Shown: positions 8,613-17,191 of the stretch, one piece after another
Layout: every line of letters begins with the position of its first letter
Numbering within the stretch: the first letter of the stretch is position 1
Sequence record: KT919973.1
Reading direction: 5' to 3' (one strand)
DNA: 64,000 bases
The notes under the pieces: model-generated
The model's input: only the letters and a program-made list of their open reading frames with translations
The model's database searches: none
Told to the model about the DNA's origin: nothing
Position numbers and translations under genes: made by a program

Positions 8613-9100
8613 TTCGTAAAATTACACTCGTTGCACTAGCAACACTGGCACTTGCCGCATGTGACAACAAACCTGCGACGCTTGATACTAACGCTTACTA
8701 TGCTGAACAAGAAGATGAACAGCTACTAGTTGACGCACCAACCACTGAAAAGTTTGACGTGACGCTGCCTGTTGTTGAAGAACAACCGCAACAACCACAG
8801 ACGGTCGTTGTACAGCAAGATGACGGGTTTGATTTAGGTGATGCAGCGATTGGTTTTGTTGCTGCTGAGTTAATCGACGAAGTAGGTGATTCTTTTGAGT
8901 CGAAGAAGACGCACGTTAAGCAAGTTGTAATCAAGCAGCCTGTAAAGAAAGCGCCAGTGATTAAACGTGTTGAACCTAAAAAGGTAGAAGCGAAGAAGAT
9001 AACAAAGACTGTAGTCAAGAAGAAACAGAAAAAAGAAAGCTTTTTAAATCGAGCAGTCAAAAAAGTGAAAAAATCGAAGTTTAAAAAACGTCGCAGATAA
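8609..9100 (+). CDS. Lipoprotein with a very basic C-terminal tail
   Basis: Lipobox LAAC; acidic middle; Lys/Arg-rich last 60 or so aa. Confidence 0.8.
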   Translation: MIRKITLVALATLALAACDNKPATLDTNAYYAEQEDEQLLVDAPTTEKFDVTLPVVEEQPQQPQTVVVQQDDGFDLGDAAIGFVAAELIDEVGDSFESKKTHVKQVVIKQPVKKAPVIKRVEPKKVEAKKITKTVVKKKQKKESFLNRAVKKVKKSKFKKRRR

Positions 9101-9130
9101 AAAAAGGGAGCAATTAGCTCCCTTTTTTTT
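9099..9130. terminator. Bidirectional intrinsic terminator
   Basis: A7-GGGAGC-AATTA-GCTCCC-T8 between convergent genes. Confidence 0.9.
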
Positions 9131-9131
9131 G

Positions 9132-9689
9132 TTATTTTGACTTCTTAGCGGCTTTTTTAGCACGTTTAGTAGCCTTTTCAATCTTTATCAGCTCTGCTTC
9201 CATCTTCTCAAGACCTTGAAGATATTGATCAGATTGCTTGATGTCGCTACGAAATACGCCTTTCGCTGTTGCAATATCAATGTCACTGTTGAGACTTGTG
9301 CGAAGCTTACGAACTAAGAACAACGAACGCTCTAAGTCTTTTTCAAATGCTGCTACTTTCTTCTCAGTGATATCGTCTTGTTTCAGTGAGCGATACTTCT
9401 CGATTTTCTTCATAGTCTTTTTGAGTTCGCTGTAGTCTTTGCGTGCTTGACCGCCTGCAAATAACGCACCACCAATAAGACCATGAATACCGAGACTAAT
9501 TGCACCCCATGTTGCAAGTGGTACAGCGACTGCCAAACCACCTGTTGCTGTCGCACCCGCTGCTGCGGTCATAAAGCCAAATGCAGCACCGAGAGATGCA
9601 CCAGCTAATGCAGAACGACCAGCCCATTGCTTTATTGTAGCTTCTTTAAGCTCTGTTTCTTTATATTCATCAAATGTTTTAAGTTCCAT
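9132..9689 (-). CDS. Putative late internal-head/injected protein with a Gly/Ala hydrophobic hairpin
   Basis: N-terminus MELKTFDEYKETELKEA resembles the T4 capsid-targeting sequence; long G/A-rich hydrophobic stretch; AAAGGA RBS. Confidence 0.6.
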   Translation of the reverse strand: MELKTFDEYKETELKEATIKQWAGRSALAGASLGAAFGFMTAAAGATATGGLAVAVPLATWGAISLGIHGLIGGALFAGGQARKDYSELKKTMKKIEKYRSLKQDDITEKKVAAFEKDLERSLFLVRKLRTSLNSDIDIATAKGVFRSDIKQSDQYLQGLEKMEAELIKIEKATKRAKKAAKKSK

Positions 9690-9715
9690 CACGGTATTCC
9701 TTTGTTGTCAGTAAT

Positions 9716-9812
9716 AAAAAACGAGGGAAGCGACTATAGTTGGAACCAATACTCGCAGTGACCAATGCGATACATAGTCACGACCCTCGAAACTGAATAA
9801 AATATTGTGTAT
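9716..9812 (-). ncRNA. Candidate structured RNA or leader (multi-stem, ends in U6)
   Basis: Stems CGAGGG/CCCTCG, GACTAT/ATAGTC and TCGCA/TGCGA nested within 9722-9789; no ORF; upstream late-like promoter. Confidence 0.5.
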
Positions 9813-9816
9813 GATA

Positions 9817-9824
9817 TATTTAGT
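9817..9824 (-). promoter_or_regulatory. Late-promoter variant ACTAAATA
   Basis: Keeps the TAAATA core of TATAAATA; points toward the structured leader and the minus-strand gene. Confidence 0.45.
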
Positions 9825-9876
9825 GCTACAACACTACTTGATTTACAATTTTCTCATAAAAAAGACAAAATAATTG

Positions 9877-9905
9877 TTGACTAAAGTGTAAAAAATGCTT
9901 ATCAT
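9877..9905 (+). promoter_or_regulatory. Early promoter
   Basis: TTGACT-17bp-TATCAT with A-rich upstream element. Confidence 0.75.
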
Positions 9906-9957
9906 AAGGCATATTCTGATTAAACGTTCAATAATCCAACAAAAAGAGATTTATATT

Positions 9958-10422
9958 ATGACACCAAAAGACATTCTACGCGCTGCGAACACTACTGTTT
10001 CTAAGCTGAGTATTTTAAATGGCGAGTACAGCACAGTTGTTCTAGGCTCACCTGCAAGTGGTAAAAACACTATGCTATTGGGTATGATGATGCAACGTGG
10101 CATCGACAACTGTACAATGATCGTTACAGAAACACATCCCGCTAATATGGCTAATAAAATTGGTGTTGGTGCATTGGTTGTATGTGGTGGACTGAATCTT
10201 GAAAAACTCATTGAGGCAGTTTCATTTGCATGTACTCAAGATCGTGAACATATCTTCATCGAGCACGTGCAGCCTATGTTAGGTCACGACATCGTTGAAA
10301 TTCTAGAGTCAATCGTGAAACCATTCAACAAGCGCATCTACATCGGTATTCAAGCTGCACGCAGTAGCGGTCTAGGTGATAACTATAAAACACAAATGAT
10401 GAATACATTGACACTGGGGTAA
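9958..10422 (+). CDS. Small P-loop NTPase-like protein
   Basis: Walker A-like GSPASGKNT; hydrophobic strand plus E (HIFIEH). Confidence 0.55.
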   Translation: MTPKDILRAANTTVSKLSILNGEYSTVVLGSPASGKNTMLLGMMMQRGIDNCTMIVTETHPANMANKIGVGALVVCGGLNLEKLIEAVSFACTQDREHIFIEHVQPMLGHDIVEILESIVKPFNKRIYIGIQAARSSGLGDNYKTQMMNTLTLG

Positions 10423-10424
10423 TT

Positions 10425-10700
10425 ATGAACTTCTTTCAAATAAGCATGAATTTAGCTATTGACCCATCAATTGAACCAGACGAAGAGTGGGCTGATAAGC
10501 AATTGATCATTGCTTCTAGTCACGAAATGGCTAGAAAACTTGCTGATGCACGCAAGAAAGGTCGTCATGGTTGGTTCGACCCTAATGTGTGCTCTATCGA
10601 CTATCTCTATGAGTTGCGCGATAAAGCACTTGAAGATAATGATCACGTGAGTGTAATGAACTACACCGCAATGATCGCTATGCGGGAGAGTGTACAATGA
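10425..10700 (+). CDS. Conserved phage hypothetical protein (KL...KGRxGW motif)
   Basis: KLADARKKGRHGW...CS...L...VSVMNY pattern. Confidence 0.6.
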   Translation: MNFFQISMNLAIDPSIEPDEEWADKQLIIASSHEMARKLADARKKGRHGWFDPNVCSIDYLYELRDKALEDNDHVSVMNYTAMIAMRESVQ

Positions 10701-11710
10701 ATGTACTATTCACGAGTCTATTCGGCTCGAAACTCTATGGCACAGACACGCCAGAGTCAGATACAGACTACAAAGCTGTCTTTCAACCTGAAATACGTAA
10801 ACTGTTGCGCGGTGTTGCAATAAAGAACTCAGTACACACGACTGGCAAATCGTTTGAGAAGAACGGTGCAGACGATGAAGACTTTGAATATATACCAGTT
10901 CAAGTGTTCATGCGTGACTTTCTTGCAGGTCAGTCGTATGCAATTGAATTGGCATTTAATGCACTACAGAACCCAGATGACTGCAACCCTGCATTCTCTG
11001 CTATGTGTCGTGAGTTAACAAGTACGTATTTGACATCAAACGTTAAAGCAATGACTGGTTACGCGCTCAATCAAGCACAGAAGTACGGCATCAAAGGTAC
11101 GCGACTAAACAGCCTTATGCAATTCGCCCGTGCTGTAGAGACGCACAACGTCGATTCTAAAGCGAAGTTGGGTTCAAGCCCTGAGTTGTGCAAACAACTA
11201 TGGGAACTGTGTGCAGAAGACGCTCACGTGCGTTTTCAGTGGTATCATGGGCCTAAAACTAAAGACGCGAGCGATTTGAAAGACCCTGCATTCAGTGTGC
11301 TTGAGAAAGTATTCGGTCTTGAGATAACGTTTGAAGAAGCTGCGGGTCGTCTTGAGAAGATGATGAGCAAATATGGTGCTCGTGCATATCAAGCGCGTGC
11401 TGCAAGTGGTTCAGATTGGAAAGCGATATCACATGCCATGCGTGTAATCGATCAAGCAATCGATATACTAACAGTAGGTAAGTTGGAATTCCCTTTGAAG
11501 AACGCAGCGTTCTATCGTGACGTGAAACAAGGTAAGTACAAGTGGGAATATGTGTCTGAAGTGCTGCAAGAACGTCTTGAAGTGCTAGAAAATGCAAAAG
11601 ATACAACGTCACTTCCGAATCACACACCTGAATTGGTTAATGATTTCTACGAGTGGTATGATGACTGGCTTGACGAATTCTACTTCCCTTCAGTGGTCTC
11701 ATATGCGTAA
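10697..11710 (+). CDS. Pol-beta superfamily nucleotidyltransferase (T4 NrdC.11-like)
   Basis: FGSKLYGTDTPESDTDY (GS...DxD) motif. Confidence 0.85.
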   Translation: MNVLFTSLFGSKLYGTDTPESDTDYKAVFQPEIRKLLRGVAIKNSVHTTGKSFEKNGADDEDFEYIPVQVFMRDFLAGQSYAIELAFNALQNPDDCNPAFSAMCRELTSTYLTSNVKAMTGYALNQAQKYGIKGTRLNSLMQFARAVETHNVDSKAKLGSSPELCKQLWELCAEDAHVRFQWYHGPKTKDASDLKDPAFSVLEKVFGLEITFEEAAGRLEKMMSKYGARAYQARAASGSDWKAISHAMRVIDQAIDILTVGKLEFPLKNAAFYRDVKQGKYKWEYVSEVLQERLEVLENAKDTTSLPNHTPELVNDFYEWYDDWLDEFYFPSVVSYA

Positions 11711-12305
11711 ATTAGTATACGGTGTTGGTATAAATGACGTACCTAGGGTTACCGTTGATGAGCGTAAGTTATACGTAACATGGACTTCCATGTTACAGCG
11801 TGCATATGATCCTGAGTATAAAAGACGATTTCACACGTACGATAGTGTAAGTGTTTGTCAAGAATGGCATACACTATCAGTCTTTAGAGAATGGTTTAAT
11901 AAGAATTACGTGCCGACATGGCAGCTAGATAAGGACTTGATTTGCATCGACAATGATATATACAGTCCATCTATGTGTGCGTTCGTCCCTCGTTATCTTA
12001 ACAACCTCGAAAACGATTCAGGTGCATCGCGTGGAGATCTCCCTATTGGTGTGTGTTATAACAAGCAGCACGGTAAATTCCAGTCTAATGTGTCTAATAG
12101 CGGTAAGTTAAAGTTTCTAGGTTACTTTGACACCCCTGAAGAAGCGTCTTTAGCTCATGATAATGCTAAACGTGCATATGTATTATATGAAATCATACCA
12201 CGAGCCATTGAAGACGATGTTGACGGGCGTGTGATTGAATCGCTGAAGCGTAGATATAAATACAATAAAACAAATATTGGAGATAAAAATGAAGTCATTC
12301 AATGA
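11703..12305 (+). mobile_element. HNH-type homing endonuclease with AP2 DNA-binding domain
   Basis: WTSMLQRAY...VCQEWH...F.EW...QLDKD...YSPSMCAFVP; AP2-like GDLPIGV...KFLGYFDTPEEA. Confidence 0.8.
12255..12262 (+). promoter_or_regulatory. T4-type late promoter
   Basis: Exact TATAAATA, 27 bp before ATG 12289. Confidence 0.8.
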
Positions 12306-12540
12306 TTTTCACTCTAAAGGTGAAGTCAAACTGCAAGAAACTGAACAAGAGTTTCACGAGCGTGTTGTCAAGCATCGTAAAGTAGATGATAGCCGTTACC
12401 CAGACTTGTCTAATTCAGGTCTAGAGGGTCCATATACTGACCTGAATGGTAAAGTTTATTACTACGATGCACGTGAGGGTATGTACTACGACCCTGACAC
12501 AGACATCTACATCACTGCAAAAGACTTACGTTTACCGTAA
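12289..12540 (+). CDS. Putative internal head protein (late)
   Basis: MKSFNDF N-terminus resembles the capsid-targeting sequence; late promoter; own terminator. Confidence 0.6.
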   Translation: MKSFNDFHSKGEVKLQETEQEFHERVVKHRKVDDSRYPDLSNSGLEGPYTDLNGKVYYYDAREGMYYDPDTDIYITAKDLRLP

Positions 12541-12545
12541 AACAC

Positions 12546-12568
12546 AAAGCGCCTACGGGCGCTTTTTT
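12546..12568 (+). terminator. Intrinsic terminator
   Basis: AAAGCGCC-TACG-GGCGCTTTTTT. Confidence 0.9.
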
Positions 12569-12582
12569 ATTGAGAGAAATAT

Positions 12583-13038
12583 ATGATTACACTAATTCAA
12601 GACCAAAACTCCCTTCAATTCATGTTCAATGATGACCTTTTGCTATCTGCAACATGGGAATCATACATCGATCAAAACTACAACTGTGAAATGTACAAGA
12701 CAGCTATGGTTGAAATCCCTTCAATTGGCTGCACTGTCGTACGCGAAAAATACGACGCTCGTAATATAATCGAAACACTGCTTAAAACACGCGAACTAGA
12801 ACCAGACGAGTTCGAGTTAATCACAGACCTATTCCCTCACGTCGATGTGACTCAAGAAGAACATCACTGGCATTGTGAATGCTGCGGTGGGGTTCATGAT
12901 ACCACAACAAACATATTCAACCAAGAGACTGGTAAAGAACTTGAGTTTCATTTCGACGGACATTTTGGTGATAGCACATCGCTCATGCCTCATCAATTGC
13001 TTGAGTTCTGTCTATATGGTTGGTTAATTGACCAATGA
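12583..13038 (+). CDS. Hypothetical protein with HCECC motif
   Basis: ORF with GAGAG RBS. Confidence 0.7.
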   Translation: MITLIQDQNSLQFMFNDDLLLSATWESYIDQNYNCEMYKTAMVEIPSIGCTVVREKYDARNIIETLLKTRELEPDEFELITDLFPHVDVTQEEHHWHCECCGGVHDTTTNIFNQETGKELEFHFDGHFGDSTSLMPHQLLEFCLYGWLIDQ

Positions 13039-13409
13039 TGTCACCGAGAGTACTCGTCTGTGGTGGTCGTAAGTTCAGGGATAGAAAACTTGTTTATGCT
13101 GCGTTAGATAAGCTATACAATAGCTTCTATATAGGGCGAATGACTATTATAGAAGGCGGCGCACTTGGTGCTGATCGACTTGCGCAAGATTGGGCGAATC
13201 AAGCGCACATCGATGTTGATTTAATCACGTGCGAAGCTGAGTGGGACAAATATGGCGATTCTGCGGGTTTTAAACGCAACTCCGACATGGCTGATCTCAA
13301 GCCAGACATATGTTTGGCATTCAAAGGCGGTCGCGGCACTCAGAACATGATTGACATTTGTCGAGAGCGTTCAATCAAAGTGCATACGATCAATTGGAAA
13401 TATAGATGA
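13035..13409 (+). CDS. SLOG-family protein (DUF2493/YspA-like)
   Basis: RVLVCGGRKF...IIEGGALGADRLAQDWA...RNSDM...AFKGGRGT. Confidence 0.85.
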   Translation: MMSPRVLVCGGRKFRDRKLVYAALDKLYNSFYIGRMTIIEGGALGADRLAQDWANQAHIDVDLITCEAEWDKYGDSAGFKRNSDMADLKPDICLAFKGGRGTQNMIDICRERSIKVHTINWKYR

Positions 13410-13419
13410 GGAAAAGATA

Positions 13420-14685
13420 GTGGGTTTAACTAATTGCCAACAAGGTGCAATGAATGCGTTTCTCGACTCTGATGGGCATATGACTATTTCTGGTCCCGCG
13501 GGTTCTGGTAAGACATTCTTAATGAAGTCTATTCTCGCGGCACTTGACGCAAAAGGCAAGAACGTAGCAATGGTAGCACCAACTCACCAAGCAAAGAACG
13601 TGCTACACAAAATGACAGGTCGTGATGTATCAACGATTCACAGTCTACTGAAAATTCACCCAGACACGTATGAAGATCAGAAGCACTTCAAGCAAGCTGG
13701 TGATGTTGAAGGTCTAGACGAAATTGATGTGCTTGTGGTCGAAGAAGCAAGTATGATCGACAATGAGCTATACGACATCATGGGTAAAACAATGCCACGC
13801 AAGTGTCGCATTCTAGGTGTTGGTGATAAGTATCAGCTTCAACCAGTGAAACATGAGCCTGGTATTATCTCACCGATGTTCACTAAGTTCAACACTTATG
13901 AAATGACTGAAGTTGTACGACAAGCAAAAGACAACCCGTTGATTCAAGTCGCAACTGAAGTACGTCAAGGTGAATGGCTACGCACTAACTGGTCAAAAGA
14001 GCTGCGTCAAGGCGTTTTGCACGTTCCGAACGTGAATAAAATGCTAGACACTTACTTGAGTAAAATCAACACACCTGAAGACTTGCTTGACTATCGTATT
14101 CTTGCTTACACAAACGATTGTGTTGATACGTTCAATGGTATTATTCGTGAGCACATTTACAACACGAGCGAACCATTTATCCCGAATGAGTATCTTGTAA
14201 CACAAATGCCAGTTATGCAGTCAAACGGGAAGTACCCTGTTTGTGTCATTGACAATGGTGAAATCGTTAAGATTCTTGATGTTCGTCAGAAAACAATCGA
14301 TGGTATGTTACCAAAAGTAGACAACGAATCGTTTGATGTTGCTGTGCTAACTGTTGAGAAAGACGATGGTAATGTGTATGAGTTCACTGTTCTGTGGGAT
14401 GACCTACAGAAAGAACGCTTTGCGCGTTACTTGATGGTTGCTGCTGGTACTTACAAGTCGATGCGTGGTAATACTAAACGCTACTGGCGTGCTTTCTGGG
14501 GCTTGAAAGAGCAGATGATTGAAACTAAGTCTCTTGGTGCATCAACAACTCACAAGTCACAAGGTACGACTGTTAAAGGTGTGTGTATCTACACTCAAGA
14601 CATGGGATACGCCGAGCCAGAGATTGTTCAGCAACTTGCTTATGTTGCACTAACTCGACCAACAGATTGGGCATTGTACAATTAA
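13420..14685 (+). CDS. dda: Dda DNA helicase (SF1B)
   Basis: ISGPAGSGKT, VAPTHQAK, VVEEASMID, GDKYQLQPV, THKSQGTT, YVALTR; GTG start after GAGGA. Confidence 0.95.
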   Translation: MGLTNCQQGAMNAFLDSDGHMTISGPAGSGKTFLMKSILAALDAKGKNVAMVAPTHQAKNVLHKMTGRDVSTIHSLLKIHPDTYEDQKHFKQAGDVEGLDEIDVLVVEEASMIDNELYDIMGKTMPRKCRILGVGDKYQLQPVKHEPGIISPMFTKFNTYEMTEVVRQAKDNPLIQVATEVRQGEWLRTNWSKELRQGVLHVPNVNKMLDTYLSKINTPEDLLDYRILAYTNDCVDTFNGIIREHIYNTSEPFIPNEYLVTQMPVMQSNGKYPVCVIDNGEIVKILDVRQKTIDGMLPKVDNESFDVAVLTVEKDDGNVYEFTVLWDDLQKERFARYLMVAAGTYKSMRGNTKRYWRAFWGLKEQMIETKSLGASTTHKSQGTTVKGVCIYTQDMGYAEPEIVQQLAYVALTRPTDWALYN

Positions 14686-14698
14686 TTTCAAAAAGTAG

Positions 14699-14740
14699 TT
14701 GACAAAACGTGTGAGTGGCAGTAATATGTCACTCAACGCC
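14699..14740 (+). promoter_or_regulatory. Early promoter with an inverted repeat bracketing the -10
   Basis: TTGACA-17bp-TAATAT; TGAGTG-N12-CACTCA; near-identical to 62649-62687. Confidence 0.85.
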
Positions 14741-14763
14741 TAACGAAACAAGAGAACAAAATC

Positions 14764-16602
14764 ATGAAATTCAAAATGCCGAAAATGCCTAACTGGCTTG
14801 ACAACACTGTGATTCTCGCTCAAGAAGCTAAATCACACCCTCGTATCACTGCTGCTGTTCTTGTAGCTGTATTAGCACTTGGTTATGTCAGTTATACTCG
14901 TGTACCTGCAATTGCATCGTGTACATGGACTGCTGTAATCGATCAATCTGTACCATGGGATTTGTGGCGTCACAACATGTGGAACAATAACTGTCAATAC
15001 TACAATGGCACTCGTTGGATTGCATTAGAGAAAGTCATGGACGTTGGCGCAGGTTCTGCTGAAGAACTAGAGGAATTGGCTCTATGATCTTAGCAACTGC
15101 TGAAGAAGTTCAAGAATACTTAGACAAAGCGCGTGCATGGTTATGCACGCCGTCTGGTAGGATGTTCAACGATTGTAAGTCTGTTGCTCGTACGGCATAT
15201 GCAGAAGCATTAGCAAACGTAGACGGTAAAACAATCTACAATTTGAAACAAAAGCGAGATTAATAGCAAATTCATATGAAATCATGTGAATAATGTGTTA
15301 AATTCCAATAAATAAGAGTGATATATTATGAGTATTGCAACTACATCTGGGCATCGCTTCGGCATGCTTGTTAAATCAATCACAACTGGCATCGAAGGTA
15401 CGGTAATCGGTATCACACAGTGCATCGCAGGGTGTGAATTGCTTGAAGTTCGAGCAAAAGACGCTAAAAATGAAGTGAAAACTCATGTTTTTAGCTCGAA
15501 ATTAGTCGAAATCGTCAATTCTAATCGAGTTGAAGAGTATGAAGCTATCTTCGCAGAGACAAATACTACAATGCCAATTCGTCTTGGTGATGAAGTTGAA
15601 GACACAGTTTCAGAAGCGAAAGGTATCGTAACTGAAATTCAATACTCAGTGAACGCAGCACCTAATGTGCTTTTGATTAAGCCATACGCAGAGCATGAAA
15701 CGAATATTTATGCATCTGCGCGGGTCATTAGCTGTAAGCAAACAGGTCACTCGATTCACGATAAGATCATCAACAATCGTCAAAAGCGTGAGCGTGATGA
15801 GCTTAAAGTGGAATTGCTGCAAAAAGCTCGATGCATGGCAACTGGCGCAACTGGCTTAGTCACTGCCATTTTCAATCAAGCAAACGGGACAATCTCGGTT
15901 GGTATTCAACCCGTGAGTAAAGAAGGTCGACTACTCGATACTCATTATACCGATATTGAATTAGTCGAAATCATCACTGAAGAAGCAAAGAAAATCGTTC
16001 AACCTAAAGAGACAAAGCTCAAGAAAAGTGGCTCACTGCGCTCCCATGAACTGTCTTCATTGCGACGCAGTGGTATGCATACAGTGTAAAACTAACAGCG
16101 CCATATTTGCACGTGTGCAACAAGCACAAGGAAGCACAATATGAAGTTCGCATTGTTAAGCTTGGCAATAATGCCATTGATTGCGAACGCACACGTACAC
16201 GATGATTGGATGACTGTTCATCGTGTTGATGTTCGCACACATGAGCCAATACACACTGCAAGCACGAACTCAGTCAATCGTCTTGCTGTGCTCACAATTG
16301 ACTGTGATAAAGCAATCACGTTGTATGAAACGAGAGCATACCTGACCGCTGCAAAACCGGACGAAATCTGGTATTCACTAGATGGGAACCCATACGTGCG
16401 AGTCGAGAGTAATCAGTTACAACAACAATCATCTGTCACGACTTATCTTGGTAATAGTGATGATGTTATCGATACGCTCAAAACAGGAAATATGCTCGAA
16501 TATGTTGTAAACAACGGGCACGGTGTGTCATACTCGTATCATTTTAGTCTACACGGCATGAATGATGCATATGACGCACTCGGTGAATTATGCAAGTGGT
16601 AA
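14764..16602 (+). other. Hypothetical CDSs: 14764-15087 (TM anchor), 15084-15263, 15328-16089 (three tandem SH3/KOW-like repeats), 16141-16602 (signal peptide)
   Basis: ORF track plus manual reading; internal repeats G.V....TG..G.V..I. Confidence 0.7.
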
Positions 16603-16606
16603 CAAA

Positions 16607-17122
16607 ATGAAAGTTATATTCTTGGACATAGACGGCGTTCTGAACAACGCTTTAGAAGTCGATGAGCACATGGACGTGCTATTGAATGGCGAGTATCAAG
16701 GGATTTATTCGCCTCGATGTGTCGACCGTTTAAATGATCTCATTAAAAGAACTGACGCACGCATTGTGCTTACAAGTGTGTGGCGGTGTGGTCTTAGTAT
16801 CGATGAGATCAATACAGTGCTTAATGATATGGGTGTTAATGGTGAATGTATCGGCAAAACAGATATGCTCGACCATCAATACTCATGGGCTTTTCGTGGT
16901 AATGAGATTCTTAAATGGATTCAAGACAACGAAGAGTTGCTTGGTAAGCGATACGACTTTCGAAGCTATGTCATCTTAGATGATGACACTGATATGTTGT
17001 TATGGCAACGTCATAACTATGTAAACTGCGACCCAGAGATCGGCTTAACTGATCGCGTAGTCGCAAAAGCTGCTGCAATACTTAATAACGCAATTTGTTC
17101 TGATGCAGGTCAAGAGTTTTAA
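16607..17122 (+). CDS. HAD-superfamily protein (Swiss-army-knife RNA-repair-like)
   Basis: VIFLDIDGVLN, IVLTSVWR, YVILDDD. Confidence 0.85.
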   Translation: MKVIFLDIDGVLNNALEVDEHMDVLLNGEYQGIYSPRCVDRLNDLIKRTDARIVLTSVWRCGLSIDEINTVLNDMGVNGECIGKTDMLDHQYSWAFRGNEILKWIQDNEELLGKRYDFRSYVILDDDTDMLLWQRHNYVNCDPEIGLTDRVVAKAAAILNNAICSDAGQEF

Positions 17123-17191
17123 AGTATTTGACACAAACAATAATAGATGTAATAATCTAATCTCAATCAATGACAAAATGGGGAGCCCAAT

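Noticed and set aside
9722-9789. tRNA gene
   Set aside because: Has a GTTC loop but no 7-bp acceptor stem, D arm, 7-nt anticodon loop or proper T arm; kept as an unknown structured RNA
11592-11702. N-terminal extensions from the ORF track (also 13351-13419, 18809-18874, 23076-23108, 38550-38678, 49598-49663)
   Set aside because: They overlap upstream genes or promoters; downstream starts have RBSs and match family N-termini
15307-15314. AATAAATA as late promoter for 15328
   Set aside because: One mismatch, only 14 bp from the ATG, in AT-rich context; too weak to call
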